Assembly (NCBI RefSeq): GCF_009834535.1
Contig: NC_045725.1
Location: 15,748,001-15,812,000, forward strand
Direction: 5' to 3'
Length of the DNA stretch: 64,000 nt
DNA from: Camelus ferus
Taxonomy: Eukaryota
The notes under the pieces were generated by a model, which saw only the letters and a program-made list of their open reading frames with translations, was not told where the DNA came from and searched no databases. The translations under genes were made by a program, and so were the position numbers. Numbering within the stretch: position 1 is the stretch's first letter; each line of letters opens with the position of its first letter. Positions 1 to 11,971 of this stretch are shown here, one piece after another.

Positions 1-1089
1 TTAGCACGCACCTTCCAGCCTTCTGTATCTAGAGCATTTGGCAAAACCTCAAACCCCGTGCAGAGAAAAGTGATTTCCAGATCAAGGCCTCTTGTCAACT
101 GTTGTGCAGCTTGTGCCCTGATCACAGGCCCTCAGCTGAAAGGGGTGGGCCAGCGAGGGCTCGAATCCAGCCCTTGTCCCGTTTGCCAAGCCCTGTGTCA
201 GCCTGGAGGAGTGGAGCTTCTCCTGGACAGTGCTCTTTAGGAGTGCTGCTTGTTAATCTGCTCGCTCTGGGGTCCATGCAACCAAAAGTCTTTGCTTACT
301 CCCTTTCAGAACAAACCAGGCTATCAAGTCTAGGGAGCCTGCACAAATGAGGTCTGCAGGGGGGACCTGGTTTCCCTTGCATCCAATTTTCGGAGCATTA
401 AACCTGTCCTTGGGAGGCTCCGACTCAAGGACATGGGTGGGGTCCTAATGTCAAGTAACTGAGATTCCTCAGTGCCATGCCAGCTGGCATTTTCCCCATG
501 TCTGCTGACTAAGCCTTGCACAAAAAATCCACACCTTTGTTTACCAGCCCCTAAAACCGTGCCTTGGCTCTCTGAGCAGTTTCTGTCTACGTGGAAGCCA
601 GGGAAACCTGGGAGACCTCTGTCTAGCAAGGAGGTTTTCTTGGCCAAGTCCTTCCGCAGACCTCTGGGAGGTCACTGCCATGTTGGGACGGCGGGAAGCA
701 GCCTCCATCCCCTGTGCATGTCCTCCGGTGTTTTCTCCATGGCAGGTCTTCACGTGTCCCGTGTCCATCCATCACCTATGGTGTAGCTGGCCAAGAGGAG
801 AGTGGAGGCCTGGGTCCCTTGTCTGAGTGACTCTGGTCTAGAAACCTGTGAACTGGGGCAGGGAGCAGGGTTGCGGGGGGTGGTGTGCCAGCGGGGGGGG
901 GGGTAGCTGTTAGTACCCAGGCTGTGGTCTGGATAATTGTGTGTCTTCTCCCTTCCCTTGGCACTTGTAAGTGCAGCCTGAACCTATGTGTGGTAGCAGA
1001 AAGATGATCTTTTTTTTCTTTTTTTAAGAAAGATGATCATTTTTATAAAACATTTCAAATTTTATAAACCACCGAGACTTAATACATGT

Positions 1090-1910
1090 AAACCATTTTT
1101 CATATTGGTTTCAGATACAAGATTTTAAAAAGGAAAACATTGGAAAGAGAGTTGAAGCCCCTTTGTGGCCCTCCCCCATCTGATTCCTCCCCCTCCAAAC
1201 CAAATGCACTAATCTTCCGACATTAACTATTGTTGGTGTGTTTCCCTCCTTCATGGTATTTATGCCTTCATTACTTCTGTTTGTATCTATAAACAACCTA
1301 TAGAATTGTTTTGGTTGCTTCTGAAATTTACATGAGTGGACCTATCCCTTTAAAAGTTGCTTTTCTCCATTCAACACTGTTTGTAAGGTTTATCCAATAC
1401 GTATAGATCTTGTCTGTTCTCCTTTAACTCCTACATGTAAACCGCCATCGTGCAAGCAATAGTTTCGCCATTGTTCTGCTGAACCTTTGAGTCGTTGCTG
1501 CTTTTTTGCAGTCATAGACAGTGCTGAGACGAACAGCCTGGGACATCTGACTTGTGTGCGTGTGTGAGGGCTTCTTTGGGGTGTGTTGAATAACTGGGCT
1601 ATAGTATATGTATTCTCCAGCTGGACCGGATATTACTAAATCCCTCTCCAAAGTGGTTGGACCAATTTTCAGTCTTAGCCACAGAGTAAGAGCTCCCTCT
1701 CCCCTTCCTCCTCACCTACATTTGGTGCACACTCTGGCCTTTCCATTGGGTGTGAATTGGTCCCCTACTGTTCTCATTTGTATTTCCTGATTATGAGTGT
1801 GGTGGGTGTTTATGGGCTGTCTGGGCTCCTGATAAAGCTTCTGAAAGCTGTTCTGAATGTGGCTTTTGTCCTGCTGGTAAGCATCAGGGTCAGGCATCCC
1901 ACACGTCTAC
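1090..1910 (-). mobile_element. Old L1M fragment
   Basis: Antisense L1M 3' motifs (tagaattgttttggttg..ctgaaatttacatgagtgg; ctggactatattactaaatccctctccaaagtggttg-like; ttctcatttgtatttcctgattatgagt). Boundaries approximate. Confidence 0.6.
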
Positions 1911-2039
1911 CGGTCACAGGATCATGCTGACCACACACCACCGAAGCTGGGGCAGCGCTCAGGGTTTGGCTCTAAGTTATAGTTGAAATGGTTATCGGCC
2001 CACTGATTCTTCCTGTGATCTTGGTTGTCTGTTTCTTGA

Positions 2040-2950
2040 ATCTTTGATGTTGACTCACAGCTGAGTTCCAGTGACACTTGTCAGTGAATATTTCTGAACA
2101 CTGTGCTGGAAGCACCTGGAGTTCCTCCATTCAAGGAGCTTACAGTCCACGGGAATCCACACGCTATTCAGGGCGGGATATAATGTGTTGGAATAGGACA
2201 CAACCTTCGTAATGAACTCTGTGCCATAAGAAGTAATGGAAATGACAAAAGCAACGTTTATACAGGGATGTGCCTATTTATTAAATTGGGAGGTCAAGGG
2301 AGGGTTAGATTAGTAAGGTCTTGGACAATCGGGACACCCTCCAGAGAGGTTGTGCCTTGAAAGCAGCCAGCCTTTTGGGTAGGCAGAGGGGAGAAGGGGG
2401 AGGGGTGGGATTAAAGGCTGTATGAGCTGAATCGTGGGAGACGGCAAAGTGAGACACAGTTTAGAGTGCTCGTAGCAGCAGCAGAGTTCTGAAGCTTCTT
2501 GAGTCAGGATTGGCATGATGAAAACTTCCCTTTTCTCCTTGCTCCATCCACCCCAGATCCTGAAGGCACCGTCTGGCTGATGCGGGGTACAGCCATGTGC
2601 ACCCCGCCCCTGGACTTTTGGCTTCACTGGTGGTTTCTTTTTCCTCCTAGATTGACTTTTTGCGTAGAAGATCTTGAGAGCACCCGCATAGCCCCTGGCC
2701 AAGAGCTCTGGTTTCACAAGTGTCGGGATGGCTGGGGAATGAAAAACGAAACCAGGTAACCGGGACCTTCTCAGAGGTTCAAGCAGTGCATGTTGACGGG
2801 TCCCCTAGTGTACACTGGACATGAGTCTGGGCACTCGGGACATAGCGATGAACAAAACAGACCAAAGTCCCTTCCTTTATGAAGCTGATCTTCTGCTGGA
2901 AGGAGACAGACAAATCAGTGGGATAGACAGGGTGGTGGAGGGTGTGAGTG
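2040..2950 (-). mobile_element. L2 fragments (about 2040-2320 and 2760-2950)
   Basis: L2 3' antisense motifs: ctgaacactgtgctgg..caaggagcttacagtc; gcactcgggacatagcgatgaacaaaacagaccaaagtccc..ggagacagacaa. Confidence 0.55.
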
Positions 2951-3509
2951 TCCCTTTGCCTCTTGTTCTACCTCACCCTGTAAGGGTCACAGCCATGGTC
3001 CTGCTGGAATGAGGTCTTTCCAGGACTAAGTCCCCAGAGTTGGCACCCACGTCCCCATCTTAGATTGAACTTCTGCGTAGTGGCCAGGGCTGAGGGAAGT
3101 TCCTGGGGCTTCCTTCTGGGCACTAGGCTGGACTGGAGAGTTGGGTGGGAGGTAAGGGAGAAGCACAGATGAAGTCCTCTTTTAAGGTTTTCTGGAACCC
3201 AGGCTGGTGTGGGTGGATATTTGTGGGCAACTATCCCCCTTTCTGAGAAGCAGGAGTGCTCGTGTGTGTGGCTCTGTATGCCACCAAGGGGTCATCTTGC
3301 TTCAGTGTCCCCATTGCTCCATGCTGGGGTCTCACTATTTCAGAATTGGGGAAGGCTGATCTCATGGTATAAGGCAATGGGTACATCCAAAAGGGGAATC
3401 TGTCACATACCCTCTGAGCCTAAATGCCTGCTGTGGAGGAGGGCGATGGCCCCCCACGAGCCTCCACCCTTTGCCCCATCCAAGGTACTAGATAATAATC
3501 CTGCTGCCA

Positions 3510-3740
3510 TGCACTGAGCACTTAGTGTGTACCCACCGGCATTCAGTGCCCCCCACACATCATCTCATTTGCTTTTATCATCAGGCCCAATATGCTGGTA
3601 TCATTGAGCTTGTGAACAGTTAGGGAACCCCAGGCTCAGGGAGGTTGAGTCACTTTTCCCCAGTCCCCCGATGGGTGATGGCAGAGTGAGGATTTGAAGC
3701 AGGTTGGTTTACCCTGAAGCCCGTGCTCTTTCTTGAGCAT
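3510..3740 (-). mobile_element. MIR
   Basis: gcactgagcacttagtg..ggaaccccaggctcagggaggttgagtcacttttccc..gcagagtgaggatttgaagcagg. Confidence 0.65.
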
Positions 3741-4133
3741 GGAGGTACCACTTGCTCAGAGAAGTCTCCTCTCCTTCATGTGGGTATCAATTATCAAGCA
3801 GCTGCACCCATGCTGGGGTCCCCTGTGATTAACTGTCTGCCAACCCTGAGGACCAGGCTACATCCCAGCTGCTCTGTCTCCTGTTCAGGAACATCAATGT
3901 GACCACAAACTCCGTGATCACAGGACTTGTGGGATTCTGAAAACTGCCCATCTAATTAAGTGACTCAGTCTAGTGTAGGCTTATATGATTTTCTACTATG
4001 ATAATAATTCTAATTCTTTACGTTTGTATTCAAATTTATACCTTTCCAAATGCTGCCATATGTATTAATTTCATTGATCCTCAGAACAGCCATGAAGATT
4101 GCAAGAAGGGTTGCTATTCTTATCCTTATTCTT

Positions 4134-4299
4134 TTTTTTTTTTTAACATTTTTTATTGAGTTATAGTCAGTTTACAATGTTGTGTCAAATTCCAGAGTAG
4201 AGCACAATTTTTCAGTTATACATGAACATGCATATATTCATTGTCACTTTTTTTTTCGCTGTGAGCTACCACAAGATCTTGTGTATATGTCCCTGTGCT
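4134..4299 (-). mobile_element. Young L1, 5'-truncated 3' end (about 165 bp)
   Basis: Poly-T then aacattttttattgagttatagtcagtttacaatgttgtgtcaaattcc; same family as 13774-14442 and 44021-44430. Flanking direct repeat cttatccttattctt at 4119-4133 and 4298-4312. Confidence 0.92.
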
Positions 4300-6384
4300 T
4301 ATCCTTATTCTTATATATTTCTTTGCTGCTCCAGAACTTCTTAACAGTTGAGAATGCTGTAACTGCCTCATAATACCTCTTTGAGAAAACAAGTTATCCT
4401 TTCCTTTACCCTTAAAGGAGCAGAAAATAATGGGAACCCAAGTCATAAATTAACACCTAGTCACATGTTAGCCCTTGAGTACTCTCTCTGCTGACATGGA
4501 TACTGTTCACCTGTTCACTGAGAAGGAGACTGAAGTTCTGAGAGGTCCCATGGCACATCAGTGTAGCTGAGACTAGAATCAAGATCTCTTGACTCTGCCT
4601 TGCCCTCTTCCTGCCACACTGCAGGGTCTCTTGTATTTCAGATCAAAGCAGCAAGGCATTGATGGTTCTCTCTGCAGTTGTGTGTGTGCATGTGCCTGTG
4701 TGTGCGTGTGCCTGCTGTGGGTCAGTGTTGTGCAAAATCTGCAAATGCCAGCATTGAGGTATATGGAACTAGGAACCCCGAGTGGGCTCCAGTGTGGTGT
4801 TTCTCAAAGTGAATCTGTGGCTTGATGGGGAAGCAGGAGGAAGGAACACTCAGGACCTTCTCCATTTGTTCTGAAAGGGAAGCAATAAAAGAGTGTGATG
4901 AGGTATGTAAGAAAGCTTGGTCTTGAGGTAAACAGAGCTGCGTGTTTGCTATGCCAGCTAATGAATCACACTTCCACGTGGTTCCTTTCAGTCCAACCGT
5001 GGAGCATTCCTGAGGGTGCCAGCAAGGGCCCCCGCCTTCCAAACACATGGAGGAACGTTACTGCTGAGGACCCACCTGCTGGAAGGACCCCTCTTGACGC
5101 TGGAGCCCTGGGAAGAGCCTGCTTGCTGGGCCCAGCACCTGGCCTCCTGTGATGGCTGGGACTTCTCGCTGGAGCAGACCACGCACTGCTGTTCCTGCTG
5201 TTCCTGCTGCTGCTCTAGAATAGCGCTAACTCCAGATCTGTGTGCAAACAGCCGAATGCCAGGCCTCTGTGCACCTCGGGCTGGTTTCTCAGTGACCAGA
5301 GGAGCCTGTGCTTCACCTGACAAGGAACCCTGGCCCTGGAGTGGCTCTGTGTGGGAGGCTGTCGGCTGTCTGACCTGACTTGAGTTGTCGTGAGGGGTCT
5401 TTCTGCTGGAAGCTGACTCGTGTCAGGATGGCAGACCTGGGACTTATTCACCCGGGACGGGAGAGTAGGTCTGAGGAGGCCCTTGCTGGTGTTGGGGTTC
5501 AATTGGATAACCGGCTAAATGTACTGTTTACCTTTTAGACATTCCGTCCTGTTCCCCAACTCACTCTCTGAAGCACACATCATTGGGTTTCTTATTTTCC
5601 CATTGCTCCCTTTTTAATTGGACAGATGTTTATTAAGCACTTAAACTTAATTAGCACGTGGCCATAGACACATTAGTAAGTCGCTGCAGACCACTTCCTC
5701 ATTTGAAACCCAAGGGGATTAAGATGTCTAAACTCCCTTCGAGTTGAGATGATCCATGAACATGCATGTGATCAAAGGCACGCGGGGCACTGGGAAGGCT
5801 ACAGGATATAAGAGTTGAAGACCCTGAGGGTTAAGTGATTTCGACCTATTTCTTCTTAGTTAACATGCATCCCCTTTAAGCGTGACATCTTTGATCACCA
5901 GCAGAGTGGTAAGCAGAGTAGCAGATGTGCTGGGGCCAGAATGGTGACCAATGGCCAAATGTGATTGCTTCAGAGCAAAACCTCTTCCGTGTAGGAAGTT
6001 GGAAGATATTACGTAGGTTATACATAGCTGTTTATACAGAAACCAGCACCTGTCATACACAGCTGGTGCCAAGATTTAATTAATGCAGTGTTTTTTTTCC
6101 TCCTTGAAATACCTTGCTCTCATATGAGTACCTTTTCTGAGTTGAGCATTGTCAAAAAGCCTCCAATTCTAGATCTCGATTTGAATTGATATACATGATA
6201 TCTGAGGAACCCTTTTATAATTTTCTAAAGATTTGAACATGCATCACTTAATTAGAGACTCACAACAGGGGGTGAGAAGGGCAGTTACTATTATCTCTGT
6301 TTTACAAAAACCCAGGCTTAGTGAGGTTTGGCCACATGCCTAGAACTATATACCAAGTTGATGGTGGAGCCAGGTAAGGACCCA

Positions 6385-6464
6385 GACCTCCTGGAGGCAA
6401 TGCCCATGGTATGGTTATCTCTGCGACCTCCTGGAGGCAATGCCCATGGTATGGTAATCTATGC
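6385..6464. repeat. Tandem duplication, 2 x 40 bp, 38/40 identical
   Basis: gacctcctggaggcaatgcccatggtatggt(t/a)atct(c/a)tgc at 6385-6424 and 6425-6464. Confidence 0.96.
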
Positions 6465-7153
6465 AACTCCATCAAGACTTCTACATCGTTTCCCACCAAT
6501 ATGCCCCAGATATGACAAACCAGGACTCTTTTTCAGAGCCATCCAGAAAACCCTAAACCCTTTTATTGATATGTAACCAGGAGAACGAGAGTGCCAAGTG
6601 GTTTGGATTTTTATGGATGAGGTTAATTTGGAAGGAGATGGGATGCCAGGTGGTGGTGGTGAAGAGCAATTTTCTCTGTGCTTAGATTTTTAAAGGGCAT
6701 TGTTTTAATCTGTATTGTGCCAAAGTTGTATCTTTGTTCAGTGCCAAACCTCTGAAGACATGACCAGTCAAATACCTTAATTCAAGGTATTTTTTCTCAA
6801 TCCAACGGGGTGCTTTTTCTGTTGCTTCTGTGATTTCTAGCCAAAGTAGAGTTTGTTATTGACTGTGCATCCTGGTTACTTTCTGCTTCTGCTTTTAGTA
6901 GCAGAAGCCTTGGGAATCAAATCCCCAGTGGGTCCTGTATTTATACATTTGGCTTGAAGCCTTATTTGTACATAATGATGCTTTTTTTTTTTAATGCTTA
7001 CAATACTATTTATTTCTCAAGTGTATATAATGTATAAAAACAAATATATGGTTAGTTTTTACTTTATGATTAACCCATTTCAAGATTAAAAATTGTTAAT
7101 AGTGAAATAATAAAAATCTACAAAATTCTTAGTGGTCTGGCAACTCAATTCTT

Positions 7154-7278
7154 TCTGGGGGGGGGTAATTAGGTTCACTTATTATTTATATACCTTTAGA
7201 GGTGGTGCTGGGGATTGAACCCAGGATCTTAAGTATGCTAAGCATGTGCTCTACTACTTGAGCTATACCCTCGCCTCC
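7154..7278 (-). mobile_element. tRNA(Ala)-derived SINE (camelid Vic-1-like)
   Basis: Minus strand GGTATAGCTCAAGTAGTAGAGCACATGCTTAGCATAC..GGGTTCAATCCC with A/B boxes; TSD caactca(a/g)ttctt at 7141-7153 and 7279-7291. Confidence 0.93.
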
Positions 7279-8211
7279 CAACTCAGTTCTTAAAATTTGA
7301 AAGAATTATGACTGCTTGGGGTTTAACAAAGTTAAATTAATGTAGGATGTATTCTCTACTTGGTACTAACTGTTGGTAGGAAGTGGACAACAACTCTTTT
7401 CACTAAAGAACAAGAGAAAAATTATTTGGGTTGCAGTGGAAATGCTTGAAGGTGGATGTTAGGAAGAAATGGGGATGGCAGCTAGACATTGGGGGACGCT
7501 GGTGAGGATATATGTTTGGTCTCGTGGGATCTAGACAACGGTGACTTAAACCAGCTAGAAGGTGAATTCTCTATTGTGTTGAAGTCCCAGTAGGTATTGA
7601 GGTTCTGTTCCATAAAGCCAAGAGGGGTTCAGGCTCTTATTTTGCTGTGCCATTCATAGGATGTCCCCCTTATCCCCACAGTTGAAAGTGTCCCCATCAG
7701 GGCCTCTTTCAGCTTGTGGGAAGGTGGAAAGGGAAAGGAGGACATGTCCTCTTTTAAGAGAATGATCGAGAAGTTGCCCACACACTACTGGCCAGAAATC
7801 AGTCAGATGATCACACCAGAGGCTGAAAAATACTGTTTTTACTTGGGGTGCCCAGGGGCCCAGCTGAAAATGCAATTACTACTTACAAAAAGTGAAATTG
7901 CATAATGCCATCTGTCCATCAGGAATTCATTTTTTATTCCCTTTAGGTCATCCTTTAAATCATTCCATCTTGTAGTCAGATTTTAGTAATCTTAAACTGA
8001 TCTACCACTATGAAGTTTGATGAATTACATAAATTTGACTTTCTTTCTAGTCTTAAATGTTAAAATGTTTTAAAATGAGAAGAAATCTCTCTGCAAGGGG
8101 CCTTCATGATGGTGGAAAGTGGCTGCTCTTCCTTTCCACCCAAGACATTCTGAAATATCAGGCTTAATCATGGGAGTAGGGGAGGGACTGTGTTAGAGAG
8201 TAAGAAATACG

Positions 8212-8214
<3 letters not shown>

Positions 8215-8248
<34 letters not shown>

Positions 8249-8266
8249 CACGTGTGTGTGTGTGTG
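8215..8266. repeat. Compound (TG)n(CG)n(TG)n microsatellite in the tail position of the MED25 retrocopy
   Basis: Direct read; lies between the 3' UTR end and the TSD. Confidence 0.97.
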
Positions 8267-10542
8267 TTAAAAGGAACTTTACTGGGTGTTGGGCGTTCAG
8301 ACGAGGTCCATGAGGATGTTGTCCACCATGATGCTAGGCTGCAGGCCCTGCTAGGGGACCCAGCCTGGGGACCTCCCCCTCAGCAGCATCTGACCTGGCA
8401 GTGGAGCCCTCAGTGGGAGCTGGGCAGGCCAGGCAGGGCTGGGTGGGTGGTGGGTGCAGGAGGGGAGGCCCCAGCTGAGAATGCCCCAGGCCCTGGTGTG
8501 GTGGTGGCATTAGTGCAGGGGCCCCTGATGGCTGGAGGTGGTGGAGGGAGGCCTCGGGGGACACCCCAGTCTGGAACGGTGGTGGTTTAAGGAGGAAGCT
8601 CCACAGCTGGGTTTTGTGGCCGAAGGATGAGTCTGGGAGGGGGTTGCCCAGTGGCCACTCCAGGAGGGCTTTGTGGGGCACCTGCGGGGTAGGGGGGGCT
8701 GGGAGGCACCCTGGGGCTGGGGCTGCCCCGCAGCCGCTGAGGCCCCTGTAGTATTTTTAGGCCAGGGCTGCGGCGGTCAGAGCAGTTCTGTGAGGGTCTT
8801 GCGTGGACCTCCAGAATGAGGCCCAGCCCTGGGGGCGCCTGCTGTGCCCCTAATCTGCGCTGCTGCTGGACTTGCTTGTGGTGGGTGATGACCGGCCGGA
8901 TGCCGCTGACGAAGCTGCGCTGGTCGTAGGAGATGAGTCGCCTGGAGATCTTCTTGGACGAGTTCAGGAGCATGAGCACGCGCGCCTCGCAGAGGGCCGT
9001 GCGGCGGAAGTGCACGCAGCCCGCGGAGCCGATGCCCAAGAGGCGGTAGAGGCCTTTGAGGAAGTCCAGGTCCTTGATGAAGCGGAGCTGGACCATCCCT
9101 GATTTCCAGAACAAAGGGCCCAGGGTGGTCCGCAACTGCTGGGGGATGAGCCGCACGATCAGCGCCTGCGGCCACTGCCCGGCTTTCAGGTTCTCGCGAT
9201 ACTTCATGTAGCCCCCCCCCCCCCCCCCACACAAGGCAGGGGCGCGTCAGCTTGGTGTCGGCGTCCACGGAGGCAGGTTTGGGCTTCTCCTGCCACCTGA
9301 GGAACCCTCTCCAGGCCAGGAGTGTTCTTGAGACTGACTAATGACCTCCGAGAGCCTGAGCCCGGAGCTGGGCCGGAGAAGGGCCGCTCACGCCGCCTGG
9401 GGCCATGGTGCCCGCCAAGGACGTGCCCCAGGCTGCGCAGGGGGCGCCGGGCCCGGCCCAGCGGCCACAGTGGAGACCAGGCTGGGCTGGGAAGCGGGAG
9501 GCGGCCTGGGGGCGCCAGGGACCCTTGGGGGCAGCGGGAAGCCTGGGCCAGGCTGTAAGGGGCCCACTCCTGGAGCGGCTTGCTGAAGAGAGTTGAAGGG
9601 CGAGAAGCGAGGGCTCAGCCCAGCCTTCTGGTTCTTGGCAGCCTCTGCTGCGTTCTGCGCTGCCGCCTGAGCTGCACTCAGGTTCCCGAGGACCTGGTAC
9701 TACTGCTGAGGGACTGGTGGGGCGAGGCAGAGGCTGCTGGGGGGCTGCCGAGAGTGTAGCCCCCGAGAGTGGAGCTGGAGGCAGGGCACAGGCTACTTTG
9801 GCTGGAGGGGGCCTGGGGCCGAGCCACCCGCAACGGACAGCACAAGCCCCCGCACCAGCACCATGTGCATCGGGTCCTGGCTCACGTCTGCTGGCGGCTG
9901 GAGTGGCTCCAGCATGGCCGGAGGAAGCGCCTTCTCCAACAGAAGCTGCAGGGCAGGCAGCTTCTGGGGACACACGATGGAGACGTAGATTCCTGGCTCC
10001 CTAGTCTTCTGCACAAGGCTCTCAGACGTGCACCCGGAGTACTTGGTGCTCTCGACAGTAGGCGGCAGCAGGTCCGGCGCGAGTTACAAGATAAGGAGGC
10101 CGACTCGGTGTGTCTGGTCGTTGTGCTCGCGCGTCTTCTTGAAACTGCCTGCAAGGCCCTGCTGAGACCTTTGGCGTGAGGCTGCAGCCTTCGCCACCCC
10201 ACCCATGAACTTCATGCCATCTAGCTAGGTGAAAAACTCAGGCGCTGCTGGTGGGAGCACGACATTGGATGTGGGACTTGGGAGCGCTGTCCGCCGTGTT
10301 GAACACCACCAGGCTGTACTAGGCCCCGCATAGTCTCCCCTGAAGCCCGTCTCGGCAGGAGGATCACCATTAAAATACTCGACGGCCGGGAGCAGGTAGT
10401 GCTTGTGGAGGCCCTCGAAGCAGGTCCCCAGGTTGGCCTTGCCCTTTATCACAAACACCACGTCAGCTGCGAGGCCCCCTGCGCAGGCCGGCCCTCGGAC
10501 CCGGGGACAATGCTTCACGCTGCAGATGCTGCAGCCGCGGGC
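8267..10542 (-). pseudogene. MED25: Processed (intronless) pseudogene of Mediator subunit MED25, full length; CDS-equivalent about 10511 down to 8297
   Basis: Minus-strand frames give MED25 peptides in collinear order with no introns: ADVVFVI..NLG..FEGL.KHYLLPA.EYFNG (VWA), [76 protein letters not shown] (ACID), [21 protein letters not shown], ending DNILMDLV-TGA (8297-8299). Start codon degraded to ATT (10511-10509); in-frame stops (TAG 10227-10225, TAG 9330-9328) and several frameshifts. Perfect TSD agaaatacgttct at 8203-8215 and 10543-10555; the minus-strand site reads TT|AAGAA (L1 endonuclease-like). Confidence 0.97.
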
Positions 10543-11039
10543 AGAAATACGTTCTTAAGCTAATTCAGGTGACAGAGGAAAGGACTGAAACCTTCCCTCT
10601 GGCAGACTAAAGGAACTTTTGAAATTGCCCAGAGGTAGAGGTGTAGTCTTGGTGCCTCCATTTTGTCTTATCTGACTTGGGGATTCAGTTGCTGTTCCTC
10701 CCTCCACTAATTAGTCAGAGAACTTCCATGGAACCTCCTTTGACCCTGCAAACGACCTGAAGCACTGAACTCCTTGGAAGGATGGATGCCAAGTAGGTAC
10801 CAGAACAACCATTGTTACCAAAGGTGATTTTCTTAGTTTTCACCTCTGTGTTCAGAGCTGCCCCGGGCCCTCAGCCATGTTAGTTCTAGGAGGGCTGTGA
10901 TTTTTATCTGGCTTATTTGCTGTTGCAGCCCTAGAATGTAGACTAGTGTCTGGAACATATTTAGGTGTTCAATAAATATGTAAATGAAAGAATAAAATTA
11001 GGTACAAGAAATCAGTTGCTTAAACAGGCAATAGGGGAA

Positions 11040-11210
11040 TTGAGAAAAGAGAAACTAGTTTGGAGTCAGAAGTCCTGGCATGTCACTCAGTATTATGTGG
11101 GTTTTAGGCTAAATGCAATCTTTCCAAACTTCTACTCATCTGAGAAACACAGATAATACCTTTCAGGGTTGTCGTGATTATTAAATATATAGAGTAAAAA
11201 TATATAGTGT
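11040..11210 (+). mobile_element. MIR
   Basis: tttggagtcagaagtcctgg..ctcatctgagaaa..taatacctttcagggttgtcgtgatt. Confidence 0.55.
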
Positions 11211-11659
11211 TTTGTAAACATTTGAATTGGGAAAGAGCAAAGATTAAAAAAATACATTCTGTGGCTATGTGGACGTTTATATAAAATAAAAGGGGCTCTG
11301 TTAATCACTGGGCAAGGAATGGGTGGTTAGATAGATGATGCCTGGGAAACTGGGCTCATTAAAGGATAAACCTACGACTAGATCCCTATTTCACATCATT
11401 TACAAAGATTAATTCCATTTAAATGAAAGATATAAATGTAAAAGAAAAGTATAAAGCTGATAGATGTTAGAAGTATGAATTTGAAATCTGGGTAAAACCT
11501 GAGGAAATATGAAATGTCACAATCAGGACAATAAGAAATAGAAAACCTGAATAGATCAACAAATATTAAAGAAATTAAAAAGCTAATAAAAGATTCCCTT
11601 TTACCTCATACATTCAAAAAACCCCTAGTCTTAGGAGGTTTTCTTTGCTTCTTTTAAAT

Positions 11660-11847
11660 GGTTTGGATGATTAGATTAGTCCCACACAGGATGGCCACCC
11701 TTTTGAGTAACTCAAAGTCTACTGATTAATAACTTAATCAAGGAATGACATACCATCACTTCAAAGGTTCTTGCCACACTTCGGAGGAAGGATTACACAG
11801 GGTATGTAAATCAGAGGGAGGGAATCTTAGGGACCATTTAATTTTCT
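11660..11847 (-). mobile_element. MaLR MLT1-like LTR fragment hosting the SINE pair (continues about 12093-12110)
   Basis: gattagtcccacacaggatgg..ctcaaagtctactgatta..cagagggagggaatcttagggaccattt|agaatctgcct. Confidence 0.5.
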
Positions 11848-11966
11848 GAGGGGGAGGTAATTAGGTTTCTTCATTGATTTCTGCTTGGAGGAGGTACTGG
11901 GGATTGAACCTGGGAGCTCTTGGGTGCTGATCACGTGCTGTACCACTTGAGCTATACCCTTCCCCC
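11848..11966 (-). mobile_element. tRNA(Ala)-derived SINE, diverged; downstream unit of a head-to-tail pair
   Basis: ggaggtactggggattgaacctgggagctc..taccacttgagctataccc plus the cctaattacctccccc tail motif. Confidence 0.88.
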
Positions 11967-11971
11967 AGGAA

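Noticed and set aside
4988-5378. Cys-rich (CCSCCSCCCS) and Gln-rich ORFs on opposite strands
   Set aside because: Both come from a short (CTG/CTGTTC) low-complexity repeat; there is no family match or splice evidence.
9322-10202. Several GC-rich ORFs on both strands (for example 9338-9973, 9769-10179)
   Set aside because: These are alternative frames of the MED25 pseudogene in stop-poor GC-rich DNA.
8587-10518. Functional MED25 gene or intact retrogene
   Set aside because: The start codon is lost, there are multiple in-frame stops and frameshifts, there are no introns, and a TSD is present.
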